Assembly: GCF_006345805.1 (NCBI RefSeq)
Contig: NW_021829557.1
Location: forward strand, 1 to 5,861
From: Octopus sinensis
Taxonomy: Eukaryota
Reading direction: 5' to 3'
Length of the DNA: 5,861 nt
Positions 5,831 through 5,861 of the stretch are shown piece by piece. Below the pieces are notes generated by a model that was not told the DNA's origin, did no database searches, and saw nothing but the letters and a program-made list of their open reading frames with translations. Position 1 is the first letter of the stretch. Each line of letters begins with the position of its first letter. The translations under genes and the position numbers were made by a program.

Positions 5831-5861
5831 AGGAGTGTGGAGCAAAGAAAATGATAAAAGA

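Noticed and set aside
1-5861. CRISPR array, prokaryotic operon or defence system
   Set aside because: No repeat-spacer array, Shine-Dalgarno-led ORFs or coding density; the sequence is clearly repeat-rich eukaryotic DNA

Overview
This is a non-coding-dominated, microsatellite-rich eukaryotic window. The tRNA-derived SINEs and the (TA)n/(TACA)n/(CT)n/(AAC)n content look like an octopus/coleoid cephalopod genome; that assignment is from my recall of those repeats, not a database search. About 1.3 kb is microsatellite, and almost all ORFs in the supplied track are translations of microsatellites or SINEs. There are four different tRNA-SINE types, and the one at 5330-5830 has a perfect 8-bp TSD and a nested 174-bp MITE-like insertion. 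The most notable feature is a candidate type I hammerhead ribozyme at 702-802 (+). It has an intact CUGAUGA/GAAA/GUA core and a loop-less palindromic helix III, is followed by AATAAA, and sits in a ~200-bp island inside a SINE's internal microsatellite. This is the architecture of Penelope-like-element/retrozyme hammerheads. Weaker signals are a CpG-rich promoter-like segment with a possible tiny first exon (3500-3922) and an open minus-strand low-complexity reading frame running off the left edge.
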